Source: Laetmonice hystrix (Eukaryota). From it: a DNA stretch of 64,000 nucleotides. The notes below the pieces were generated by a model that was not told the origin of the DNA, searched no databases, and saw only the letters and a list, made by a program, of their open reading frames with translations. Below are positions 51,198 through 63,496 of the stretch, in pieces; within the stretch, counting starts at the first letter, position 1, and the number at the start of each line of letters is the position of its first letter. The DNA lies in the NCBI GenBank assembly GCA_965235115.1, contig OZ249441.1, positions 26,040,001 to 26,104,000 on the forward strand. The letters run 5' to 3'. The position numbers were made by a program, and so were the translations under genes.

Positions 51198-51248
51198 GGG
51201 GCCGGGGCCGTGGCCGGGGCCGGGGCCGGGGCCGGGGCCGGGGCCGGG
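51198..51248 (+). repeat. (GGGGCC)8 hexanucleotide tract with one GTGGCC interruption, inside a GC-rich island
   Basis: GGGGCC GGGGCC GTGGCC (GGGGCC)5 GGG, read directly from the sequence. Confidence 0.95.
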
Positions 51249-53570
51249 ACGGACCCCGCCGGCCAGGTCGTTTGATGCAGGCGGGGGTAGGGATGGGTCC
51301 AGGCCGGTCGATCTCCGACACCAGGCCGGCGATCGAGGCATCCGGCAAACTACCGAGTCCACACTGCACTCACCCCCCACACGTACCAAGTGACACCCTT
51401 TCACTCAGCTTTCAACCTCTTACGTCCAGTAAAAAGAAAAGAAAAAGGGAGAAAGAACAAAAAAAAAGGGAATTTTGGTGTCAGATCATAAACCATAAGT
51501 TCTATACGCCGAAATTCTTAGCGGCTATATTTGCTGGAAGAGCACATCGCCAGTGTCTATAAAAGAGTGCGCCATTGTGTGATGAGGTTTTAAAACTTTG
51601 CACCGCCAAGCCATGAGCAGCTTGTGAGAGCCTCTGACACGGACACGGCCATGTTGGGGATGACAGAGATGCGTATTATTATATACTACTCATGCATAAC
51701 GTTTTTAATGCGCTGCACGACTGGCTGACTGAGACACCTTTTTCCAACATACTAGGTCAGTTATGACAATAGACACTAATCTCCGAGACACATGTGTTGG
51801 CATAACAAGAATCAGGAGAGAGAGAGAGAGAGGGGCCTTGGCTGTCTGCGGTCGGGCGATCGCCGGGCGGGCAGGAGTGCTCTCACCCCGGCCTAATGCA
51901 CGCAGTATTATTACAAAGATCAGCAGGGGAGGCCGCCCGTGCTAAGGGTCGATACCATTACACAATGCCTTCCTCAGGTGGCCTTTGTCGACCGTGTTGA
52001 TGTTACTACTCTTTCCGAGCACTAAACCCACTTTGGGAAAATTTGGTTAGCTTGCACTGAAAACAGTGCTGCAAACACCAAGGCTAAATCCATTATGATA
52101 TACATTTGAAAATGTGGTGAAGAAACAAATACACTTCCCCCCTGACATATATATACATTTATTTGATTGAAAAAAATAATCAAAATAGAGAGAATAAATA
52201 GCTATAATGGGATGATCTATATATCTTTGGATTTTCTATACAAACCAAGTTGTTTATATTTCTCTATGTAAAAGTTGCATAAAGTGAGTGTTTGCATGTT
52301 GATCAGGTAAGGAGTATTTATGTGTAATTGAGAGGGAAGGTGTGTCCGTAGCTGTCCCCCTTTTGTCCCCCGCTTTCACCACCAGCCTTTTTCTTGTGTG
52401 GCGGTACACTGAGGTTATTATTCAAGGTGACCTGTGTGCAATACAGAATATAAACAGGGAGAAAAAGCCGGTGTCAGGTAAAGTATACTCAAAGGCTGCA
52501 TGGGGAACATTATACATTGGGCGGACGATGAAGTGAGCGTCGACTCTGGTTCCCAGGTGGGAGGGGGGGGGGGCAGACAGAGAGGGCCCTGGCCATATAC
52601 CCGGAATATATGGGAACCCTCGCTATACATGTATATCATTATTATACCTGAGAGACACTATTTTGGGTCTTCCTTGCAGGACCCCCCCCCCCCCCCCCAA
52701 GAAAGGTCAAGGTAATTGTGTTTGAGGTCAAGTGGTTATCATGGCTATAATGTGCAGCACCTCGCAGTGAATGTTGTATCGTCAGACCAGAGGTTTGGGA
52801 AGTGCCGTTTCCTTTTAAAACAGATCTTTCTCGTTTTAAAGCTGAAGAACATTTCTATTCTAGCATGTAAACAAATGTGGTTGTGGCGTAAGAACAAAGC
52901 AAACCAGGCCCATCACCTGATTCACGACCGGCATTTTGTGTCAGGTATTCCCAGTCAAATAACAAGCTAGCCACCAACGAACAAAATATGGATGGGGAAA
53001 AAGTTACACAGAAAAGTACATGAGAAGAAAATGGGACTGTTGGAGAGAACCTAAGGACATGAGCTGTACCATTACGTCAGGATGGATCGACATTTACTGT
53101 CAAGTGCTGGCAGCTTGCCATGCGACCATCAGTGACGTATGGTGTCTCAGCTTGGGCTGTCGGAAGATTGATGGCTACAAAACATCTCAAGTTTTGTCGG
53201 TGTAACAGAAGAGCTGTCACCTGAAGCGAGCCACTAACTGCACCCAACCCGCACTCTCCAGCAGGGATATATAAAATAAAAACTCTGACCGAATTTATCG
53301 GTATTTAGCCCACTTTTCTTGCATGACAAATACCTCAAGGCATATAAAAAGGGGAGGCTATTATATAATTGACTGCCACATAACCGCGGGGCCTTATTGT
53401 GCCATATTAGTTGTACGTGAGTTTAGACGTCAGTGATATACTGGATCTGTTCACCTCAGATTATAATACGTCGATTATCATTAATCTTAGCCAGTATACT
53501 AATCGAGTATACTAAGATTTGTGGGACCAAAGTCTGGAACCGTACTCTGGATGAGAGAGACACGCAGCCA

Positions 53571-55202
53571 GATGGGGGATACATGGTTGGATGGGAGATA
53601 CGCGGTTGAATGGGAGATATACGTGGTTGTATGGGAGATATACGTGGTTGTATGGGAGATATGTTATTGGATGGGAGATACACTTGGTTGGATGGGAGAT
53701 ATACGTGGTTGTATGGGAGATATGTTATTGGATGGGAGATACACTTGGTTGGATGGGAGATATACGTGGTTGTATGGGAGATATGTTATTGGATGGGAGA
53801 TACACTTGGTTGGATGGGAGATATACGTGGTTGTATGGGAGATATACGTGGTTAAATGGGAGATACACGTGCTTGGATGGGAGATATACGTGGTTGGATG
53901 GGAGATGTATGGGAGATACACGTGGCTGGATGGGAGATATATGTGGTTGGATGGGAGATACACGTGGTTGGATGGGAGATACACGTGGTTGGATGGGAGA
54001 TATGTTATTGGATTAGAGATACACGTGGTTGTATGGGAGATACACGTGGTTGGATGGGAGATACACGTGGTTGTATGGGAGATACACGTGGTTGGATGGG
54101 AGATATGTTATTGGATTAGAGATACACGTGGTTGTATGGGAGATACACGTGGTTGGATGGGAGATACACGTGGTTGGATAGGAGATACACGTGGTTGGAT
54201 GGGAGATAAACGTGGTGATACAAGTGGTCGGATGGGAGATATGTTATTGGATGGGAGATACACGTGGTTGTATGGGAGATACACGTGATTGTATGAGAGA
54301 TACACGTGGTTGTATGGGAGATACACGTGGTTGGATGGGAGATACACGTGGTTGTATGGGAGATACACGTGGTTGGATGGGAGATACACGTGGTTGGATG
54401 GGAGATATACGTGGTTGGATGGGAGATATACGTGGTTGGATGGGAGATATGTTATTGGATGGGAGATATACGTGGTTGTATGGGAGATATACGTGGTTGG
54501 ATGGGAGATATACGTGGTTGGATGGGAGATATACGTGGTTGGATGGGAGATACACGTGGTTGTATGGGAGATACACGTGGTTGTATGGGAGATATGTTAT
54601 TGGATGGGAGATATACGTGGTTGGATGGGAGATACACGTGGTTGTATGGGAGATATGTTATTGGATGGGAGATATACGTGGTTGGATGGGAGATACACGT
54701 GGTTGTATGGGAGATATGTTATTGGATGGGAGATATACGTGGTTCGATGGGAGATACACGTGGTTGTATGGGAGATATGTTATTGGATGGGAGATACACG
54801 TGGTTGGATGGGAGATACACGTGGTTGTATGGGAGATATGTTATTGGATGGGCAATATACGTGGTTGTATGGGAGATATGTTATTGGATGGGAGATATAC
54901 GTGGTTGGATGGGAGATATATGTGGTTGTATGGGAGATATACGTGGTTGGATGGGAGATACACGTGGTTGTATGGGAGATACACGTGGTCGTATGGGAGA
55001 TATGTTATTGGATGGGAGATATACGTGGTTGGATGGGAGATATACGTGGTTGGATGGGAGATACACGTGGTTGTATGGGAGATACACGTGGTTGTATGGG
55101 AGATATGTTATTGGATGGGAGATATACGTGGTTGTATGGGAGATATGTTATTGGATGGGAGATATACGTGGTTGGATGGGAGATACACGTGGTTGGATGG
55201 GG
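53571..55202. repeat. mixed 21/19-bp minisatellite, about 80 units
   Basis: Units GGGAGATA(T/C)ACGTGGTTG(G/T)AT (21) and GGGAGATATGTTATTGGAT (19). A 61-bp trimer period is visible at 54591-54835. It explains the 255-342 aa ORFs. Confidence 0.97.
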
Positions 55203-58200
55203 AAAACACTGTTCAATAACTGCTCAGACTGGAGACTTGATAAAGTGATGACAACCCACCACTTGGTGGGCAAGCTGCAGCTGCAGTTTATGAAAGAAGA
55301 TCCCATTTTAATATGACAGCCATACCGTATATGAGTGCACGGTTGATCTATGTACACTGTAAATGTCTGGACAGTTTACAGGAGGAATTTTTCTCTCTGT
55401 GAATCGACAATCCTCCGGGCAGCACAATACCAGAACTCTGTTCTTTGTCAAAGCCTTTCTACTGGTTGCATGACAGCTCAAAGGAAACACACATTATAAA
55501 ATGATATCTCTGATGAAATAGCAAGTTAAAAGTAAACATCCAATGACATTAAATGTTTGCTTAGGTTGTTTCTGATTTAGGTGCTGGCAAGGGGCGTGCA
55601 TGGCGACGGGGGTAGTGGTGTATGGGGAGGGGGCACTAGTTGTCCTAGTAACAATAGCTATACAGGTGAATGGATCTGTGATGCCACAATCCCCGTTGGT
55701 CTGCAGCCTAACGTACTGCCAAGACTCGAACCGGCCCCCAGTCCCCAACTCCCGTTCATGTCTAATGCTAATCTTCTCAAGCATTTGTAAATATTTTTGA
55801 ACGGGTGATAAGAAAGTGGACGAAGTATGTTTGTGCTGGCCTAGCTATTGAGACTCGGCCGTGGAAAGCACACCGTTTAGAGCAGTGAATTGGACAGAGG
55901 CATTGGGTCTCGCTTTTCGGTCTGCCTGACCAGGCTGTGGTGGCAGAGAGGATCACCAATATAATAATACCATAAATGGTCTTTATATATTCAAAATCCC
56001 TCTTCAATTAACTGCACTTAGACCCGAGGCACCCGTCTTGACTCCAAGGACGGGTTGCATGGAGTTATTCAATGCGACAATGCTTTATGTGCAATTGTTA
56101 GGTGCAGAGCATGAAGGCTCACCTTTTTCTTTGAGCATACATATATACAATAAAACTTCTACTGATAAGTCTCTATAGGCTTGACATCAGCTTAGTAAAA
56201 TGTGTTCCCATTAAATGTAGTTAAATGCTAGCAATTACGTGTCGTATAAAATGACCCATTTTGTGTTTTTATTCATTTTGGAGATAATCTTTAAGCGTAT
56301 AAAAATATGAACATAAAAAACCACGGACGTTCTTTGCTATACATTTGAATAGTCCGGCACGGAAAATATTTTTTAAATATTTGCCCATGATGCCTGGAAA
56401 ATAAGCATATCACAAAGGCAAGCCATCGTGAGTTGTATTACTACTGTATTCCTTATAGCTCTAAACCTATAGCAGCAACATGGTAACGATTGATTTATAG
56501 CCAAGATAGATTTCGACCAACGAAATGGTGTTTCATGACACACAACGGACAAGTATGCCAATACCGTGACCGACTTCACCCTACGGGGAAGAAGGGTATA
56601 TAAGTAGCCCCTAAAAAGGGAGTTATGTGTACCTAATGTGGGCTGCAAATCGGTGGAATATTGTACATTGATATCAGAAGTGGGTTCCTGCGGTGGAATC
56701 CTTAGGGTTCTCTTACCCATAATTTCAGGAGGGCATTGTATGGTTGTATGGTTGGACTTTCCTCCACCTGAAGCCCATGGAGGATTTGTTATCAGTTGGG
56801 GGGTTTGGTCCTCGATTTCAATGATTTACTCGGATTGTATGGTCACGGACGTGGCAGTAGAGTATCTACAAGGAAACCTCGTGTTAGGAGTTGTGTGGAA
56901 TGAAACCGAATTTTCATTTGATCACAAACTAAAGAACAATACAACCCATTACACCTGGGTTCGCGTGTCAGGTCGAAGTCAGGCACATTGCTCAGTGTTA
57001 TTGCCAGCAATGGTTTGAGCTTCACCACAATTGTCGGGTTGTGATCTCGTGTATGTAGGTTTTAACGGGACACTATACGGGGCGGTACCAAACCCTGCTG
57101 CCTCGAGGCTTAAAGACTGAGAACAGATTAAATTGTGAGACTGCATACACGAGAAACCATCATGGAAGAAAAAATATATAAAAAGTGGCATTGACAAAGA
57201 CGGTCCTTCTTCTACCGGTGTAGGCAACAGTTTACACTGAAGGCATGAAAACTGACACTAGCTTACCAGACTTCTACTTCTTGCACACAGAGTCAATGAC
57301 ATAACAACGCCTTTTTTTGAGCTTGTCAATTCCTCCAGGTTGGTGGAATTCTAAACGGATTTGATGCCAATGTATAAATATGTCTGAAGAGCAAATGTGT
57401 GCTTTTGTATTTAAAGGATCGTTGTAAACTAGAACGGCAAGGTCCGCCGGAACCTTATGTACCAATACTTGCAACAGTTAATATTTTAAGTCAACTTTGG
57501 GGAGATCAACAGGTACTGATAAACATGCCTAATGGGCACTGCCCAACCTTGAGTGGAACTGCAAACCATTTCCCCAGCCTAATTGGCATTCTACACATTT
57601 TTTTTGAGTCACCAATTTTTTTCTAACATTTTCCCCATTCACTATGACGTGGAAGTCAAGTGACATCTATGGCTGGGTGTGTTTATTGAGGGCGTATCGT
57701 GACATCTAGAATCAATAAAACTACATGGGTGACGTCAACTCTCAAGGGTCGGTTCAGGTAGTTTGGCAAGTAATGTTAACTCGGAGAAATAACTACAAAT
57801 TTAAAAAAAAAAGCGTTTTCATTTTTAAGCTGCAAATCGTCAAGATTAAAGTTAGACGATATCAGTCTTTGTCGATAAAGTCAGATATTTGGGAGCCACT
57901 ATTAATAAAAGTTTGAATGTTGGCAAACTTAATTCTATGTGCTGATGACTAATAAACGGCCTAATCTGGCTATAGCTTTCGATAAATCCACGTATAAGAC
58001 ATGTTAGATTTTAAGATGTAAATTTGACTGCATGGCCTATCGTTTTAAATTGAAGCGAAATTTTCAAGCAGCGCCGCGGATACGCTACTAAAAGGTGTAT
58101 GAGCCAGGCATGTGCACAATGACCGTATTTGGATACATCGAATTCAAATATAAAACAGGCTGTAAATTATCACAGAAGATGTGGCACAGGCTATAACCAA

Positions 58201-58218
58201 ACTGGGCGACTCCTAGAT

Positions 58219-58358
58219 TTAGGTGTTATTGCAACTATAGTCTAGAGATGTTTGTTTCTTTATTTGAATGGATTTGAGTTTTTGCAAGCTGTCCTCGATC
58301 CTATGAGGTAGGGCATAGAGGGTGGCTACATTGGAGCTAAGGTCAGTGATATCCACGC
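58219..58358 (-). CDS. candidate exon
   Basis: Acceptor TTGTCTTTACGCAG|. Phase 1 gives (G)VDITDLSSNVATLYALPHRIEDSLQKLKSIQIKKQTSLDYSCNNT*. No clear donor. Confidence 0.2.
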
Positions 58359-60463
58359 CTGCGTAAAGACAATGGCACTAAGGTCGCCAATGTGTGCCCC
58401 TAACTGTTGAGACAGTTCAGAGGCTAGCAGATCCCAGGGCCTTGCCTGTTCTATGTCGGTTGTCGGTTTGACAATTATGAAGTGATTGGGTGGCAGAATC
58501 CTCCCCAGAAGTTGTCGGCAGGAACGTGAAACGCTCAGAGGTATACATTCCCTTCCATCCACAGAATTAAAATACTTAAAGAAAAGACCACTGGTCGTGT
58601 CAGCGCCAGGCAGAGGAACCTATGGGAACCTCTTAAAGTAAACGGCATGCGTGTTCATTTCGGAAACGTGCACTGCAATAACAGAGTACAAAGTACGACA
58701 TAACAAACGTGCCAAATTTGTGTCATGAAAATGTTTTCTTAATACTTCCTTAGTATAGTGTAAAGTCGTACTCATACGTTTGAATTGAAGGGATATTTTG
58801 CCGTCTTTTTTTTAAACTATACCCATCCCTCAATCCGAGAATTGTCTTTTCAATATTTATAAAGAAATGGCAAGAAATGATCATTCAGTTTTCTGTGCGC
58901 TCAGAGGCGTACCTGGGCGTACACATTGTTTCCCTAACCCTAACCCATTAACCCGAACCCTGTATATATACCCAATATCTGGTGCGTACACATAAAAAAA
59001 ACACCCCTGGATCTTAGACAGAATCCCTGGTGATTGTTAGTTGGTGTCCTACACTGAACTTGTCCAGACATCTCGTTCCAAGTTTACGTTCATATTGTCG
59101 GTTTGCTCCGACACGGCAAGTCCTCTGTCTATAAACTTCATGGTCAGGTACATTATACGGGAAGGCTTGGCGGGAGCGGCGCTGCTGTCCGCAGTCAAGA
59201 AGATTTTGTTTAAGCTTAAAGCTTCTAATTGGCTGGCTCGCTCCATCCAACCAATGAGAAACATTGTGCTTAAAGCGAATATCTCTCATTTCAATGTCTC
59301 CAAAATTCAGACATGGGTTGTTAGGTTAGATCAACATGTTTACCCACAGAAATGGCGAAATCTAATGAAAATCAACATTCCAGTTGCCTACGAACGTCTC
59401 GTGGCTGGATTGACCTGGCATTGACTTGAACAGCTGATAAAATTCATCGGTTCATTTTACATTTATTGATTTATTTAGTCTAAGGCCTTATATAACAGCC
59501 CGCGGCTGCATTTTGGAGTCATTAAAATGAGAGAAACTCGCTGATTGCTTTCAGATATTATGTACAAATGATAAAAACCGGGCTCAGGTCGTGAAACTTT
59601 AAAGAAACATTTGCTCACAGACATGGCCCCGAAGTTGAGAGCGAGACCAAGGTAAGCCTACTATCCGCAAGGATGCAGAATGTGCAAACTGTCGTAGTAG
59701 AGCTACTGACCCGCCGCCATGCAGGGGGTCATCCTGCCCCCGTCCCGCCACTCGCGCGTTCACGTGTAACTGAGGGGACAATATGGCATGTTTATACAAG
59801 ATTTCATTGTTCGTATAGAGGGAGCTGCTGTGTTACATACGTTACAGTATAAACAGTCAGGCTGACGGGGTGGCTTGGCGAGATGTGGGAGGAGGGGGGA
59901 GTATTGTGTGAGTGATCATGTCATGCAGACAACAACCACATGAGTGAGCTTTTAAACGCTGCCGTGTAATTAGCGTCAGTGAGGTGTTGAAGCGCGAGGC
60001 ATTCCCTGAATACTTGAGGCTGAGGGTAATTACCTGTGAGAAAGGCACCGCTGGGGTGGGGGTGGGGGGCTGCCCGCGCTGGGCGGTCTAGGAGCCGTCA
60101 TCGGCGGTCTCTTATTTCCAGACTTCACTCCCTTCGACGAGTCACTAATTTCGTTTCTTCGTTCCTTACTTACTTATTTACTTACTTACCTATATTGTAA
60201 TTCAGGGTAGGTGGTGCCTGAAGATAGGTGCTGCAGCAGGCAGAAAGACACAGAGCGGAAAACTTAAGTATAAGTTAAGGCGGGCGAAAACTTGGCGGCA
60301 AGGACAGTGGCGGCAGTCGGGAAGGGAGCCAACAATTATACCTCTGTGGCTTTGAAGAGATCCAGTCGAACCAATTGGTGCCGTGCAAGTCACCGCCAAC
60401 GAGCGATGCTTGGCTGAAGAGAGTTGTCTCACAAACCACTGCTGGGGCTGGTGTCTCACTCAC

Positions 60464-60630
60464 TGGCAACGTGTGCTGTCTCCGACGATCACGAGGGAAA
60501 TCTACGGGCACATGACGTCACATGTTATCCGTAAAACACGAAGGAATCTAACATGACGTCACAAATGCAATCCCACAAGGATCTTGGCATGCATGGGTGA
60601 AAATGTGGGAGGGGCGTCTTTGAGGGCGGC
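60464..60630 (-). promoter_or_regulatory. candidate promoter and short first exon: two CRE palindromes and GC boxes upstream of a consensus donor
   Basis: TGACGTCA at 60513-60520 and 60554-60561, GGGGCG/GGGCGG near 60610-60625, and a minus-strand donor CCA|GTGAGT with GT at 60463-60462. Confidence 0.25.
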
Positions 60631-60837
60631 TCAGTAAAGGATGGCCGTTTTGAAGCCATGGAAGGTCCATATAATGTGTTCCTTATGGTGTGTAAACCAA
60701 GTGAGTTAAAATGTCACATGTTTAGCGAAACAGCTCAGGTGTAGTGATTGACTGATGTGTTGCCGGGTGATTGATAGGTTTGTGGGCGTAAACTGGTAGA
60801 TGTTTCCTGTTATGACTGATGGACCTTGTGGGTTTAT

Positions 60838-61079
60838 GAATGACCAGCCATTGATGAGCCTAAAATAGAGGTAGGCATATTAAGGGATGGGTCATCGCTG
60901 GTCCGGTTGAATGACCAGCCATTTTGATGCGCATAAGCCTAAAATAGAGGTAGGCATATTAAGGTATGGGTCATCGCTGGTCCGGTTGAATGACCAGCCA
61001 TTTTGATGTCCATAAGCCTAAAATAGAGGTAGGCATATACGATTTAAAGGATGGGTCATCGCTGATCCGGTTGAATGAC
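60838..61079. repeat. about 79-bp tandem repeat, 3 copies of varying length (71/79/85 bp)
   Basis: GAATGACCAGCCATT...GCCTAAAATAGAGGTAGGCATAT...ATGGGTCATCGCTGGTCCGGTT starts at 60838, 60909 and 60988. Confidence 0.93.
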
Positions 61080-63496
61080 TGGCAGGTGTTATTTGTTGGT
61101 TAATTGAAGCGGTGTCACGCTGGAACTGAGCAGTTCCGGTTTGGAGAGGGAGGGACTTGGTCTTCGTTGGTTGTCAAGGTATGTCGGAACCACAAGTAAC
61201 CATACCGCCCTGGTATGTGTATGCCCAGCGGGTGTGGCTTAATGTGAAGGGTCTTCCTCATTTTTGTCAACTTGTTTCATAGATATCAAATGGCCAAGTG
61301 GCAAGCGAAGGAATGTCAAGACGGGAAGGGTTAAGGTTAAGGGGCATATTCAGGTGTTCATCGAAGTGGTGTTGATTGCAACTAGGCCTATCTCAGATAA
61401 GTCCTGTCATTGAGGCTTATGAAAAAGGAAAGAAAGGTGTTCAAGTTTTGTAGATTCCATATGGAGCAATATGCAACATTTAGAATAGGGGTCAACTATT
61501 AACTAAGTATGATTAAATGTTTAAGTCTGACCTCTCCCACTCTGGATTTTAGTCTGACAGGTTGTAGCGAAGTAAGATAGTAGACTTATTAAACCCTTAT
61601 TACCATGCTATAACATTTACAATTTGCCGATTGCCACGGCCCTTGTAGAAATAAATAGTCACTTGGTTCGGACACCTGTAAGCAAGCTAAATGCTGTAGG
61701 CCTTAGGCCTCCTCGTGAGTTGGAAACAAAATATTGCCCAAGGTGAGGCCTGTCACGGCATACCGATGGTGACACTAAGTATAAGCCTCGTTTCTAATGA
61801 ATGTCTGCGATAATGTGTTGTTTTATCGGCTGTCACTCACTGTCCCCGACAAGGGTCGACGCTATGTGCAGGTTAACGTGACAAAACGATCAGTTGTCAG
61901 AGGCCGCGTTTGCTTGCTTTATGTCGAGCTGAAGGTGGTCTCTGAGCAGTGGTGGAGCCATGTCGCGATCCATGCCGCTTTCATGTCGTCCCGCTAACTA
62001 CGTCACACGACTCGAATATCATGACGTTGTTTTGGCGCGTCATTAGCGTAACGTCATGACGTTGATGACCTGAAACCTTGAGTGGCGGCGAGTAGGCCTA
62101 TACTCACGGTAGGACGGGTGACAGCTGTCAAACGCCTGATTTATAAACACGACCTTGGTGTGGAAACATACACGAGCGTGCAGTGACTGATCCGAGCATG
62201 TCAGTCTCTTGCAGGTCTTCTTCACCTCAAACGGTCTATACTTACACCGCTTTGATCTGGAATGAATAGGCTGTGGATTCGAGCACAAACAGTGTCATTA
62301 GGCGATGAAATAATAGATATACCGAGTCCCCTAATAACACCTTCCTCAATAGACCTGCCAATTGGGCAAGGTGAATGACTAAAGTGAATGTTGTTTAAAA
62401 AAAATAATAAAGAAACGAGGAAAGAAAGCCGAATAAAAGGCATATCTATAGAGATCTCTTGGTGTAGGCCTTGCGCATATGTTTCGGTGAGGTCCTTCAG
62501 TAATTGCGTAATTGTCGAAGGAAACTGTAGCTGTGAAGCCGTGATAGTACTGATAGTAAAATGATGTTGTCCAGAAAATAGTTTGGTGTGGAGGGGGGAG
62601 GGGGGTTGATCTAAGTAAACAGGGAGAGTTTGGTATGTCTGTGCGACCTGGACTCGGAAAGCAAACTAAATGGAGCGTAGAGCACCCACGGTGTATAGGG
62701 CCTCGCACCGCGGCAGGGTGTGTGTGAAGGGGGGGGGGGGAGGGGGGCCAGGTGATCTCTGTGCACATTACTACAAGTAGTAAAAGGCAACTCGGGCAGT
62801 AATTGTCAGGGTGAATAACCCATTGTTATCCGCCCTTTACAGGCATGCTACATGTCGTGATCTACCTTGATACAGGCGGAAATCATGACATAACGTTCAG
62901 GGTAAACGACCCCAAGAGACGGGCAAGAAAAGGGGGGTCTGTCGGAAAATGGCGCCGATGATAATAAATGCCCAAAGTAGTTCTTTTGTGCGGTGGAAGT
63001 ATTATGACGGTCACATGAATGCATCATCGATAGAGTTTCTTTTGTTTCAGTTTTGTATATAGAAATGAGAAAACGGGAATTAGTTGATTGCTTTGTTAAG
63101 ACGAACAATTATATTGTTATGAGAATTCTTAGCAGTAGAAGTTTTAATGAAATAGCTACAAACTTCTATCTAATAATGTACAAACTTCACTGAGTGCCTA
63201 TAGACAGAGCCTGCAAGGAGACAACATGTGCATGGACCTCGGCCATAATATGCATGCATGGAGAGGCATTTACTGTAATCATGTGTAATAAAACAAGCAG
63301 GCAGTCGGGGGGAGTGGTGTATATAACCATACGAATGTATCCCTTGTTTCCCGTCCTCAACCCCTACTGATGGGGCGGGGGGGGGGAGGGGGCGACCCTG
63401 GGAGGATCCTATACAACCAGCTTCATTTGTATATATTGTGTTATCACCGTTGAGTGCGGGACGGCGGTGGTGTATGGGCACTGCTTGTCATGTCAC

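Noticed and set aside
53521-55316. 255-342 aa ORFs
   Set aside because: They are products of the 21/19-bp minisatellite and switch frame at each 19-mer.
55715-55745. tRNA or tRNA-derived SINE, from a GGTTCGAGTC B-box-like string on minus (also near 33110 and 37720)
   Set aside because: No matching A box or cloverleaf could be built.
57265-57383. Minus-strand exon with a good acceptor and a GTAAGC donor
   Set aside because: All three frames contain stops. It would need a frameshift in the A7 run to be coding.
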